Positions 45,398 to 56,884 of a stretch of DNA of 64,000 bases are shown piece by piece. Made by a program: the position numbers and the translations under genes. Every line of letters starts with the position of its first letter. The first letter of the stretch is position 1. The stretch is from a virus (taxonomy: Duplodnaviria > Caudoviricetes), in IMG/VR virus record IMGVR_UViG_2974511964_000001, positions 73,974 through 137,973 of that record; one strand, 5' to 3'. The notes under the pieces are model-generated. The model was given only the letters and a program-made list of their open reading frames with translations, ran no database searches and was not told the DNA's origin.

Positions 45398-46357
45398 CTA
45401 AATCATATTCTTAACTTTTAGTGCTACATACTTACGAGCTTGTGCCCGTGATACCCGAATTAATTGTTTAATCTCTGCTGGTAACTCCGGCGATTCTTCA
45501 ATAGCATCCAGCAGCACCTCAGTCGCCACCTTATTAGTATTACCATTACGCATCCAGTCAAATGACAACTCACTAGGAAGTTCGCCCTCATCCTGACCTT
45601 CTAATACCTTCTTAGATACTCGGGCTAAGGTTACATTATTATTAATCCACTCAGTTAAGCTAATAGACTCTGAGTGTTCCTTAACGTGCTTGGACTCTTT
45701 AAAGGTAGCATTGACTAGCTTAATCCGCAAGGGGCCTGTAGTAGTCTGTGAAGTAGGTACTGTCTTGCTTAAATCAGTAACTACAATACCTTCCATATTA
45801 CCACTGGCTGAGTAATTAGACTTATCAGAATATTTAGCTTGAATCTTAGGTAAGTCATTGAACCCAATTCCAGTAACGTTATCCTCTAATAAAGGTGCCA
45901 TTTCAATTCCATCTACACCATATAATACATCCTTATATAGCTTTTCAGCCTCATGATATCCTAGATACTTATGAGACGCTTTATCGTACACGTCAAACAG
46001 ATACCACTTGTGATAGTATTCATCCTTATACTGTACTCGGTGCTTAGTTAACCATTCGCCAAACACAATGTAGTTATCTCCAATGTGCTTTAAATAATCT
46101 GCGTTATCATTAACGAATCCATAGAATCCATTTAGTTTTTTATCAGCGTCTAATTCCCCTTTATGAGAGTAAGACTTAACCTCGCCATCAAGTACCTCTA
46201 CAGATGCATTAGAACCATCCAGCTTTTCAGTAATAACTAAAGTGTCTTCCGGTTCAATAGTAATAACTTCTTTGTTCTCATTAGATAACTTATTTTCAAA
46301 CAATTGTTCATTTTCATAAGCATTAATCTTTTGGAATTTACGCATATTGGCATTCAC
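45398..46357 (-). CDS. RNA ligase (Rnl2-like nucleotidyltransferase)
   Basis: TEKLDGSN, FGEW, LFDV, EGIVV. Confidence 0.8.
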   Translation of the reverse strand: MNANMRKFQKINAYENEQLFENKLSNENKEVITIEPEDTLVITEKLDGSNASVEVLDGEVKSYSHKGELDADKKLNGFYGFVNDNADYLKHIGDNYIVFGEWLTKHRVQYKDEYYHKWYLFDVYDKASHKYLGYHEAEKLYKDVLYGVDGIEMAPLLEDNVTGIGFNDLPKIQAKYSDKSNYSASGNMEGIVVTDLSKTVPTSQTTTGPLRIKLVNATFKESKHVKEHSESISLTEWINNNVTLARVSKKVLEGQDEGELPSELSFDWMRNGNTNKVATEVLLDAIEESPELPAEIKQLIRVSRAQARKYVALKVKNMI

Positions 46358-46944
46358 CTACTTTTCTAGTAGTCCATTAACATACTTGATATTTACCTTT
46401 AATTGGTCAATATAATCTTGTACACTAATAACTTTATCTTTGTTCTTAGCAATTACTTCTTCCTTAGCATAGTTACTTAAAGCATTACCTAGACTCGGAT
46501 AGTATCCAACTGTAGCTGGACTTGGCTTAACCTCTTTAGTCTTAGAGTCAACCGTAGTGAACACTTTACCTTTATTGTCCAATCTGCGTTGTAACATCCA
46601 GTTACTATGATTAGACACAACAACTTGGTAATTTCCATCAATATCAATAGTGGTAGCCATTATTAAGCGCCTCCCTTTCAATTTGTTTATAGTTAACAGT
46701 GTCGACAGTATAACTTCCGTTAATAACAACTAGCATCCCACCAAACATACTCATTAACTTATTGGCAACTTCAATTTCGCTGTCAGTCAGTGACTTTAAC
46801 CTAATTGCATCCAGCGGGTTATTAGATAGATATTCAGAACACAGCGTAGACGTATAAATTGCTTGCACCTCTGATAGATAGCCTCCCGGGAACTTAATAG
46901 CGTATCTCATAATAGCACTCTTGTCATAGTGAGAATCATTAAAC

Positions 46945-47184
46945 TCATTCATTGTCATCACTCTTTTCCAATAGTTTAATCCATCGTTCTAAATACCATT
47001 TAGCCTTATTCAAATCTTCTATCTTGTTTTTCTTATAAGGTGCTCGCAAAATGTATTTAACAACGTTAAAGAATAGGCCGCCTTCAAATGGCTTAATAGG
47101 GGCTCCTTCTAGCTGGTCTTCAATAATATTAATTACTTCTAGCTTCCCATGATTATAATGCTCTGGGTGGTTTACCATGCTCAT
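46945..47184 (-). CDS. DUF3310 family protein
   Basis: VNHPEHY..EVI..NVVKYILRA..K..EDLNKAKWYL. Confidence 0.85.
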   Translation of the reverse strand: MSMVNHPEHYNHGKLEVINIIEDQLEGAPIKPFEGGLFFNVVKYILRAPYKKNKIEDLNKAKWYLERWIKLLEKSDDNE

Positions 47185-48622
47185 GACTTATTCTCCTTCT
47201 CCAGATTCAATAATACTTGTCATTGCTTCAATTTTGTTTTTTAGTGAATTGATACTTAGTGCTTGCTCTCGCTTAGAATCACTACTTCGTGGTCGATGGC
47301 GTTGTACGTCTACTAATTGCCACTCAGTCAATTTTAGTAGTACCTTAGCTTGACCAATATTGTCAAAAACTACTTGACCATTTTTAATCAAACTGTTTTC
47401 ATATTTAGCCATATAGTCCATATAGTTAATTACCATTTGTTTGTGTCCCTCTTTCGGTTTCGAGTTACAACTAATGTAATACTGTTTGGAATTGTTACTA
47501 GCTCAGTTATTACTATTAGTTCCCAGACAAAATTAGTTTTCATAAATAGGAGAAATAGAACTAACATAATAATTAAATTAATACCAATAACCTCTCCTAA
47601 TAATGATAAAGGCCCCTGATACCTTTTGCGCTTATACTTCTTAATATATTTATCCATAATTAGTACCCGTATACATTACTGATAAACAGCTTATTTGACA
47701 GATTTACTCGGCTTTCATTAATATTCTTTAAGTAGTAGTCCTTGATAGTAGATAATAATGGTTCTAAATTTTCAAGCTTGTCAAAACGAGTTACAGCCGA
47801 ACCCAGCATACGGTGGTTGTAAACACTAACCTGTACCTTACCTTTTGACTGATGAACTTTTAGTCCTTCATAATTAGGGTCAACGCTTAGTAAGTCTGAC
47901 AAGTTAGCACATTGTTTAATGCTATCAAGGGACAATCCAGTCGTTTCCATGTATCGTTTACTTTCCTTACCGTTAACAGATTTTGATAATTTACTTAATT
48001 TAATCATATTGATATCTCCTTTTATATTTGATGAGTTCATGTTATCACGTTTTATTATGGCTGTCAACACTTATTTCTAGAGTTTGCTGGTACAAATTAT
48101 TAATAAAAATGTCAATCCCACCACTAGAGCATTTACTAATACCATAAGCATCAACGTTCCCCATCCTAGGTTAGTGAATAACATCAGTAACACCATCAAA
48201 ATAATAGCTAAAATTACAATAGTTTCCATAGCATGTGCCTCTTTCCTTTTCTATATTAAAAAGGATACCATTTCTGGTATCCTATGTCAACATATTATCT
48301 AAATGTTTTTAAAAGTATTTTATCAATCATCTGTGGAGAAGGTTTATCATCTAGTATTCTGACAATTACATATGGTAGCTGTCTACGCTTTTCAATGTTT
48401 GGAATATTAAGGTTAGCTCTAAAGGGGTCTAAGCATAAATCATAATAAGTTTCTGTACAATAGAACACCTTCTCTAATTCATCTTTATCATCACTATAGT
48501 TAGTTGGTAAATCATTTACATAGGTATCAAATGGTTCAATCTTGCCAAAATAAGCTCTTAATGCTGGCAATGCCACATCGCCAGTAGTTAATACTAGAAT
48601 AGGTTTCATCACTTGGCCTCCT

Positions 48623-50419
48623 TTACTTAACTTCAAATTTTTGGTCCTTATAATATTTAACACGTTGTTTAGCCTGATTAAATAAATATTCAGCGTTCCT
48701 ATCAATGATATCAAATATATATACTTCATGTTTATCTGCTGATATACGGAGTAAACGACCAATTCTTTGAAGAGTCTGAACAAATGATTTTCCGGCACTA
48801 GCATAAATCATATAACGAATATTTGGAATGTCGATACCTTCGTCCATTACTTTAGTACCAATAAGAACTTTTAATTCTCCAGAGCGAACCCGGTTTAATA
48901 TGTCGGTGCGCTCCTCTGTAGTATTTTTCCCTTGAATGAAAGCATACTCGGTATCAGTTTTTCCTAAATATTCAGCGATGTTCTCTCCGTGTTCAATAGA
49001 GTTAACTACAATAAGTACAGCTCCGTTATCAAGGCTAGACAACTTACTTCCTAGTTCAGCTATCAGCTTATTCCTGTCTTCATTATTAGTTATACCTATT
49101 TGGTAAGTCAGCTGGTATTTAACTAGACTCTCTTGGTTGCTTGGGGTCCCTTTTGGAATGCTGCGATTGACTTGTTTTTCTAAATCGACTGGTTTATTAA
49201 AGTCAACTAGCTTGATATGAGGTCTTGCAGATACCCCTTGCTCAATCATTTGGTGATTATCAATATCATATATAATATCCCCAAGAACGCTTTTAATCTT
49301 AGCCATCTCTACCTTTTTACCTTTATCTAAGGTACCGGTCAACCCAATTCTCAAACGAGCATTAGGTAAGAATTTAAAGGCTTCCTGATATGAGTCAGAT
49401 GAAGCGTGTTGGCATTCGTCAACCATAACAATCTTTACATGTGATAAGTATTCTACTGCCACATTATATTTGTCAAATCCTTTGGCGTTCTTCTTAGAAA
49501 TTAGTTTATTGTATCGCTTTTTAAAGTTTTCAAAATATTTGATGACAGCTTTATCAGAATCCAAAGAAACTGCAAGTGAAGCTAGCTCTTGTTTGTCATC
49601 TATTTCATACTTATACTTAGGTTTAAAATTCTTAGCATACCCTTTTAACGACTGCCTAGGATTAACCGAATCAAGAATATCTTTAGCATATACAGTTGCC
49701 ATTCGCTTTAGTAGCTTATCTTTGGCAGAAGTTAGCTTAACAGCATCCTCAGGGTTCTTAAGGGCTTTGTTAAGCGTCTGAATAGTGGCACAGGTAACTT
49801 GCTTAAGGTCACGATTACCGTCTCCCCATAGACCCACAGGCACTCCTAAATACCCTTCCATATTCTTGTGAACTTGATTCATAATAGAAGTATTAGGTGC
49901 AATAAACAAAACATTGTCAGTGCTATCTAATTCTGGTAAAACTTTAGCAATAGATGTAATAGAAATTAATGTCTTACCGGCGTTAGTTGCAGCTAGTACA
50001 ATCCCTGTTTGATTAGCATAAACAGACTTAATTGCTTCTAGCTGATAATCACGAATAGTTACTTTTCTAACCCCTTCACCCTGCATCACAACTTCTTCTG
50101 GTAGAGATTTGCTAGGTGCAATCTTTATTCCTCTAACATCCTCTAATGAATACTTGATATAGGCATTCTTATTCTGTTCCCGTTGTAATAGCAATAGTAG
50201 GTCGCTTACTAGTCCCGTAGGTACTAAGTTATTATCTAAATCACATAAGTTAACCCGACCATCCCATGTATGATACTTTCTAAAAGAAGCCTTCCTAAAC
50301 CGGTTAGGGTCTAATGGGTCTAACTCTTCATGGATTCTATCTTTTATATATTTTATAAATCTATCAGTTTCAGTATCAAAATAAATTTTGGCATAGCTAT
50401 TACCTATGGTTATTTTCAA
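48623..50419 (-). CDS. Superfamily 2 DNA helicase
   Basis: RDYQ, ATNAGKT, DECQH, GLTGT, EGIDIP, QRIGR. Confidence 0.9.
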   Translation of the reverse strand: MKITIGNSYAKIYFDTETDRFIKYIKDRIHEELDPLDPNRFRKASFRKYHTWDGRVNLCDLDNNLVPTGLVSDLLLLLQREQNKNAYIKYSLEDVRGIKIAPSKSLPEEVVMQGEGVRKVTIRDYQLEAIKSVYANQTGIVLAATNAGKTLISITSIAKVLPELDSTDNVLFIAPNTSIMNQVHKNMEGYLGVPVGLWGDGNRDLKQVTCATIQTLNKALKNPEDAVKLTSAKDKLLKRMATVYAKDILDSVNPRQSLKGYAKNFKPKYKYEIDDKQELASLAVSLDSDKAVIKYFENFKKRYNKLISKKNAKGFDKYNVAVEYLSHVKIVMVDECQHASSDSYQEAFKFLPNARLRIGLTGTLDKGKKVEMAKIKSVLGDIIYDIDNHQMIEQGVSARPHIKLVDFNKPVDLEKQVNRSIPKGTPSNQESLVKYQLTYQIGITNNEDRNKLIAELGSKLSSLDNGAVLIVVNSIEHGENIAEYLGKTDTEYAFIQGKNTTEERTDILNRVRSGELKVLIGTKVMDEGIDIPNIRYMIYASAGKSFVQTLQRIGRLLRISADKHEVYIFDIIDRNAEYLFNQAKQRVKYYKDQKFEVK

Positions 50420-50893
50420 CAGATGCTACCTCCAATTCTAATCCTAAATCATTAATGATAGTTGTAGCTTGGCTATCTGATAAGTATAAAACTTTATCCA
50501 TTAACTTCTTCTTAAGATTGATGCGTTTAGCTACCATTAAATTTAACCCAATATACGTTCGTGCCGAGCTGTACTTGTCTTGCTCAAACTTATAACCCTC
50601 AAAAGGCCAATTATTATAAATTTCCTGTTTGTTAACACTTTGGCTTACTATTAATGGAACTATTATATTAACTATCAAATCCTCAGGGTCCGAGGAAGCT
50701 CCTATGAATTTATCTGATAGTCCATCTCGATTACAATATAGTAATTTATTAGGAGTATCTGTAAAATAATACTCACCTGCATGGTCTTTATATAAATAAA
50801 ACAACTTGGCTACACCCCACATTTTAATCAATACTATATTATAACACAGTATTAGCAGGTTTGCAACCAAATTGTTTAATTTTAACTAAATTT

Positions 50894-51232
50894 TTATAAA
50901 GCTAAGCATACTTTTAAAGTATGTTCCATCTTACTTTCTTCCTCTTTGCTAATATGACCAATATATTCAACTAAATCAGCTTTATTAACGGTAACAATAG
51001 CTTCAGTTAGCCCTAAACTTTTTCTAGGTGTTTCCTTAACAATAAAATGTGTTGGCAACGGTACTTTGTGTTGGGTTGTTAGTGGTACTACAATTGTGTT
51101 GGGGCTATGCAGATTTCCTAAATTATTTTGCACAACTACACAAGGCCGTCTCCCAGATTGGATATGGCTCCATGATGGTTGTTCTGGTAAATTAATGTAG
51201 TAAATATCCCCACGTTCTAAATCGTTATTCAT
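50894..51232 (-). CDS. PemK/MazF-family endoribonuclease (orphan)
   Basis: RGDIYYINL..IQSGRRPCVVVQNN.GN..SP.TIVVPLTT. Confidence 0.85.
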   Translation of the reverse strand: MNNDLERGDIYYINLPEQPSWSHIQSGRRPCVVVQNNLGNLHSPNTIVVPLTTQHKVPLPTHFIVKETPRKSLGLTEAIVTVNKADLVEYIGHISKEEESKMEHTLKVCLAL

Positions 51233-51665
51233 TATGATAACTTCCTTTCTTTTTCTATAATAAAAGGATACCATTTCTGGTATCCTTTGTCAACACTTAA
51301 TCGTGAGTTTCTTCATCGTAATGTTCGTATTCTTCCATGATATCCATAGTTTCATAAGCATCTTCAAGTTCACTATTTAGATAATCGTTTTCTTCCTCTA
51401 GTTCCTCCACTCGGTGTTCCAAATAGTTGATACGGTCATACATCTCCTGATTACTTGAGAATGGTTCCTTATTATTCATTAGTATTGCCCCCTAAGATAT
51501 AATTAATTGGTTTTGTTGCGGTTTCGCTGGTAAGCTTGATTTCCTTAGTCTTAGCCAAATTAAGATAGACAAACTCTTTGCTATTCCATATTAAAAATCT
51601 CCTTATCGTTTTATACACATAGTATACTATTAGATAAGGAGATTGTCAATAATTTTATTTAATTA

Positions 51666-52430
51666 TTATTTAGCGTTGGCTTTAGAGAACCATTTGCTGT
51701 CAAAGAACGCAACCAAGTCATTCATAATATATAACATATAAGTGAAGAACAGAACCCAAACAGCTTCTCCTTGCATTGCAGTTACAAGCCACAGAACGAC
51801 TGAGCTAAGCCCCTGTGCAAACCAGAAGTAGTAAGAAGCACGGAAACGGCGAACGGTTAAGATTGCCCCCGTAAGACCGATAGTAGCGGCAAATGCGTCA
51901 ATAAACGGACGAGGACTCGTTAAGATAACCGTATCAAGACCATATGTCACGATAAAGAAACCAACGAAAGTTAATGCCGTCTGCAAAGCGAACTTGGAGT
52001 TCATCTTACGAGGTTCTAAATCTTTACCATTATTCCAAGTCTTATTAAATAGCACCGGCAAGTCCAACAGAAAGATATAGAAGCCTTGCATAACAATATC
52101 AGAGAAGTTCCCTGTCTTTAATGCCACGTAAATCAGCATAGCCGCAGAAACGAAGCCCAGAACACCGTTGATAGGACGTCCGTTCGTGATACTTAAAGTA
52201 CAAGTAAAACCAATCAACCCGGCAACCGTTGAAGTTACTCCCAAACCAGTAATTCCATGACCAAGACCAACGTATAACAGGAACAGCCAACCAATTACCA
52301 GCAAGACATAGCTGGACTTTGTCCAGCCGGTCATCTGGTCTTTGTACCAACGCCAATTAAATACCCGACTAACTGATTCCGGGTTATATCCTAAATCCAC
52401 CACTGTATTACCTTGTGTTTCTTGCTGCAA
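51666..52430 (-). CDS. pnuC: PnuC-family nicotinamide riboside/nucleoside transporter
   Basis: Multi-TM protein with PFIDA..IG..L..RF..SY.FW motif; visibly more GC-rich than its neighbours. Confidence 0.8.
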   Translation of the reverse strand: MQQETQGNTVVDLGYNPESVSRVFNWRWYKDQMTGWTKSSYVLLVIGWLFLLYVGLGHGITGLGVTSTVAGLIGFTCTLSITNGRPINGVLGFVSAAMLIYVALKTGNFSDIVMQGFYIFLLDLPVLFNKTWNNGKDLEPRKMNSKFALQTALTFVGFFIVTYGLDTVILTSPRPFIDAFAATIGLTGAILTVRRFRASYYFWFAQGLSSVVLWLVTAMQGEAVWVLFFTYMLYIMNDLVAFFDSKWFSKANAK

Positions 52431-53996
52431 AATAAAAACTTCCTTCTATATTTATTTAGGTCAATCTATGCTTAGACTGCCTTGTCCGCCTATAATGGCA
52501 TCTTTCCTATATTAATCTAACCTCTTAATCAAATCACTATATGAATAACTACCACGCAATTCTTTGTATGCATCCATGTTAGCCTTAATCCAATTACTAG
52601 CATCACCAATAGCTATATCTGATTGGTGGTCTAATATCTCTAATTGGCTGTTATACGTTTTTAGCCATAGTTCCATATCAATAATCAACTTCAACTGCTT
52701 ATCTGTCGCTAGTTTCAATAGGTTCACCCCAATCTATTCTGAATATTGGTTCTCATCATTAGTTCTAATAATAGACTTGATTACTGGTGAATCCATACAA
52801 TCTTCTAACACATGTACTGCATTTTGGTCAACGTAATATAACTCTTTAACTTTGTCAATATCTTTGCTCCAGAACACATTCATCATAGCTAACGATTTTT
52901 CTAGTTCTGGATGACCAGTTCCTAATGCAATTCCATAATCATCAGATAATCCAGTATCAATTAAGTCAACTGCCTGTTCCATCATTGTTTCATACAAATG
53001 GTTAAGTACACTTGATGAACTAGCCTTGCAAAAGCCAATTAGAGCGAACCCACCAGAATTAGTTTTTCCTAATTTTCGTTTTCCTTCGCTACTTTGGCTC
53101 ATGACATAATCTTTAATCTGATTATACTGAGCAGCAGTGACATACTTATTACGAACTACCATATGTGCCGGAAACTCTGGGTTTAACAACAGTGTCATCT
53201 CAACATATGGATAGACGTCTTTACTACGCTTGATAGGACTCACCTCTAGTCTTCTTTTACATCAACTGTAGCTGTAGTATCAGTAGTATCTTCCGCCGTA
53301 GCATCTACTGACTTATCTTCGAGCTTCTTAACTCTATCTGACAGAGTTGCTAATACCGCTTCTACATCAACCTTAGGCTTTGGTTCTCCTACTGTGTAAT
53401 AGATATCTAAATACCCTTGTTGAGGTGTGTCAGGTTCAATCAAGCGTGGGTCAATGAAGGTAGATGGATTACTAGTATCATCTGATAAGTGTACCGTTAC
53501 ATAATCCGTATTGAATCGCTTAGCTACTGATTCAATAACCTTTTCTACTAATGCATCAGACTTAATAGCATCTTCTCCATAGTTATTGTCATACAAGTTA
53601 CGTTTTAAGTCTGTTACTAGCTGTTTATCAAAGATAATACGCAAGTTACCAGTATTGCCATATCGGTGTTCTACTCGATTATCAAAGGCATTTGAGGTTA
53701 AGATAGTAGTTACTAAACCCTTTGCAATATCATCAAGCGGGTTAATATCTACTTGCTTACCTAATTCCTTTTTAGTAAATAATCCTACTCCTAATTCTGT
53801 AATCTTTGAGTATCCTTTATCAGATATCGTAGCCGTTAACCCTGAATCCGTAATTGTCAGCCCTTTGAAATGGATTAAATTAGCCCCATCAATAATTCCT
53901 TCTTTGTCGTCATACATTATAATATTACTTCCTTTCCTTAACATGTTAAGGATAACATGTATAGTATTCATTGTCAACACTTACTTAAAATTAATT

Positions 53997-54479
53997 TTAG
54001 GAGTTGTCATGTGTTACTTTAGCAGCCGCCGCACTAGCAATGGCACCAACTAAATCATCAACAAAAGTATTAATTCTGGTGTCGTCTGTATCCAAGTCTT
54101 TGATGACGCCCGTTTTTACTTTATCTACCATTCCAAAGGAACTCACACCAATTAATCCATATAGTTGACTAATTGATACGCCCAATACTTCATCTACAGC
54201 AAAGACACCTAGGTCATTACGAATGATAGATAATAGTGGTTCCTTAATCAAGTTATCCTGTGCTAATCGGTCTAATTCTAAGCCAGTCATAGCTAAATTT
54301 AGTATATCACGCTTGTGCATTACTGTAGTAACTGCTGTTAAACACTCATCTACAGTCAAAGTAGGGATATACTTGTATTCTAATTGGTAGGATATTTCAG
54401 CAATGTCATTTAAAGACACACCTAGTTCGCTTAGCCTTCCTACTACAAACTTATATGCTTTTGAATCTGGATATTTCAT
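53997..54479 (-). CDS. pgpA: Phosphatidylglycerophosphatase A (YutG-like)
   Basis: DEVLG..I..LYG.IG...FG.VDK.K.G.I..LD...TFVDDLVGAIASAAA. Confidence 0.8.
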   Translation of the reverse strand: MKYPDSKAYKFVVGRLSELGVSLNDIAEISYQLEYKYIPTLTVDECLTAVTTVMHKRDILNLAMTGLELDRLAQDNLIKEPLLSIIRNDLGVFAVDEVLGVSISQLYGLIGVSSFGMVDKVKTGVIKDLDTDDTRINTFVDDLVGAIASAAAAKVTHDNS

Positions 54480-54483
54480 GCCT

Positions 54484-54963
54484 CTATCCATTATTATCAC
54501 CAGTTGCTGGCTTATCAAGTTCTGCATTAAGCATCCAAATTGTCTTTTCAACATAACCGAGATATTGTTCTACCTGACTAGTAGTAACCACATCGCCGGC
54601 ATCGCTTGCTCCGCTATGCAAGTTATTATAAGTGTCATCCAACGCTTCAAAGATATCTACTAATTGCTTTACTGAATCATTTGTGTCATCATTATATACT
54701 GATGGCACATCATTAATAGTTGTATTCTGAATAACTTGGTTTAAGCTAGTAAGAGGCATTCCCCCAACTTGAATAATCCGTTCGGCAATCCAGTCCGTTT
54801 CTTCAAATAATTCTTCCAACATCCCATCAATTAATGGGTGGTCAGTCAAGAAACGAGAACCACGCATTAGCCAATGAATAGCCCAAGCCGTTTCATGTGC
54901 CTGTTGAAGGTTGGCTTGGGTTACTTGTAGCATATTAATATATTCATTACTATAACTTTTCAT
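54484..54963 (-). CDS. dps: Dps / ferritin-like DNA-protection protein
   Basis: HWLMRG..FL..H...D..AERI.QVGG.P..EKTIWML. Confidence 0.85.
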   Translation of the reverse strand: MKSYSNEYINMLQVTQANLQQAHETAWAIHWLMRGSRFLTDHPLIDGMLEELFEETDWIAERIIQVGGMPLTSLNQVIQNTTINDVPSVYNDDTNDSVKQLVDIFEALDDTYNNLHSGASDAGDVVTTSQVEQYLGYVEKTIWMLNAELDKPATGDNNG

Positions 54964-55950
54964 TGATTATTTTCTCCAATCTTTTAACTCTGTTCATTAA
55001 ATCATTATTCTCTTGCTGTAACTTGTCTATTAAATTTAGTTTGTCTACAACTTCTTTTGATAGGACTTTTTCTCCGATAATCCCATCTTCAAAAATGGTA
55101 CTTTTGTCTATTACAGTTTGTTCTGGAATATCAGCAGTTCTTGTCGCTGCAATAATCCGTTCTGGAATACCAGCAGTTCTTGATGATATTAGTTTATTGT
55201 CCATAATAACACCCCTTTTTATATCTATATGTATATAAATAGCACTTAATATGTGTATGCTATTTATATGACCAAGGTTTAGATGAGAACTGGCTAATAG
55301 TTAATTAGTTGTTGTGAATTTGATTATATGGATTATATCCAGAAAGTAAGTCTGAAATCATTTCCTTCATACCTTCTATATTACTGATAACATAGTCCAT
55401 ATTCATGTTATCCTTAGGTTTTAAGCTATTAACTCCTACTGATGAGAGCACAGTATATATACTAATTTTAACCATATCTGCATACTTCTTAATCGGCTCC
55501 AGTAGCTCTGATTCACCAGCATCTAGCTTGTATTCCTTTGAATAGCTAAACATATTGTAAATAATATCCGACAGCCGATTCTTCTCACTGTCAGTAAAAG
55601 TAATATCATATTGACTATCAGATGTTTTCGTGTTATATGCTACTAGTGTTCTTTGCACTAGCCACCCAAAATTATAGTACAGAGCCTTCAAGATGTTACA
55701 AGCACTATTTGCTTGGTCGTCGGACCTAGAGGCAACTTTGATTGCGTCTAGCTGAATATCTCTTTTTCTCGCCATCTTAAATTGAAGACCCTCTAGAACC
55801 ACTACTTCTTGCTTATTTAATTTACTCATACTTACATTACCTACCTTTTATTTTTATATGCGGTACAACTCCGCTATATGTACCCTCGGCATAAAAGAAC
55901 ATGGGAAGAAAACGCCGAGGAACGTTTTACTTTATTGTAATTAAGCTACA

Positions 55951-56021
55951 AGCGGATAGTCGGATTTGAACCGGCGACAGCTGCTTGGAGGGCAGTTATG
56001 TTACCACTACACCATATCCGC
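55951..56021 (-). tRNA. tRNA-Gly(TCC)
   Basis: Cloverleaf; anticodon loop CCTCCAA (C at 33); no encoded CCA. Confidence 0.8.
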
Positions 56022-56174
56022 ATTAAACGTAAGGAAAAGCGTCCAAACCCTTTAAGTTATGTCAAACATAAAATCCTAATAAGGTTTATGTCTCATAATC
56101 CGTTATGCCACTTACACTGGTTAGGTTGGGCGTTTACACTTAGTCTATGGTAACCAACCATAACACGCATATTA

Positions 56175-56245
56175 TGCCTCGTACTAGAATTGAACTAGTG
56201 ACTTCTGTTTACAAGACAGATGTTTTACCACTGAACTAACAAGGC
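56175..56245 (-). tRNA. tRNA-Thr(TGT)
   Basis: Anticodon arm TCTGT-CTTGTAA-ACAGA. Confidence 0.85.
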
Positions 56246-56286
56246 GTTACACTAGAAATAATCTAGTATACAGTATGTTGGCGCTA

Positions 56287-56402
56287 TGTGCTTGGTAGGG
56301 ATTTGCACCCTACATGGTATCTTGACTTCAGGGTTGCGACCCCTGTCTACGCCATTGAAATACCGCTACGCCCGCTATGTCTACCTATTCCATCACAAGC
56401 AC
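56287..56402 (-). ncRNA. tRNA-like RNA with an expanded, non-canonical anticodon/variable domain
   Basis: Acceptor GTGCTTG/CAAGCAC-A, Leu-type D arm and T arm intact; about 60 nt nested insert between them. Confidence 0.6.
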
Positions 56403-56662
56403 ACGTTAGAGTGCTAAATATCCTTTGACTGTCGCTGGCCCTGCCGTCTTTTCATCGCTCTCAAACTACTATTGATAGCTTCCTACACTATCTCACTAAC
56501 TATAATTCGGCTTCGCAGATATATAACTGGTAGTTTATTGACTTGCCTAGGTCAATTACTAATCTTTGGTACACTTATTTATCGACCTGAATTACTCCTC
56601 CATCCATTTCAATTTCGCCTTCTTGATGTTCATTGTAAAACAAGCTTTCTAATGAAGGATAA

Positions 56663-56801
56663 GTTCCATAGATATGTCATATGGTTAATGCATACCTTTC
56701 GGGGGAACTACAGAATTTGTTATAAAAACTTCTTATAATAGTGACTCCAGTATATTTACCCCGCTTTTTTAATGACTTCCGCAATGGATTTACGTAATGT
56801 C
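56663..56801 (-). ncRNA. Third copy of the omega-like scaffold plus a single repeat (guide at about 56633-56662), abutting the tRNA-Leu 3' end
   Basis: 56763-56801 is near-identical to 59069-59107 and 60613-60651; repeat GTTCCATAGATATGTCAT at 56663. Confidence 0.75.
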
Positions 56802-56803
56802 TA

Positions 56804-56877
56804 TGCTCTCGGTGAGATTCGAACTCACACTGTGTGGCTTCTAAGACCACTATCTCTGCCAATTGGATTACGAGAGC
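56804..56877 (-). tRNA. tRNA-Leu(TAG) with short variable loop
   Basis: GTGGT-CTTAGAA-GCCAC; 5-nt variable region. Confidence 0.8.
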
Positions 56878-56884
56878 AATATAA

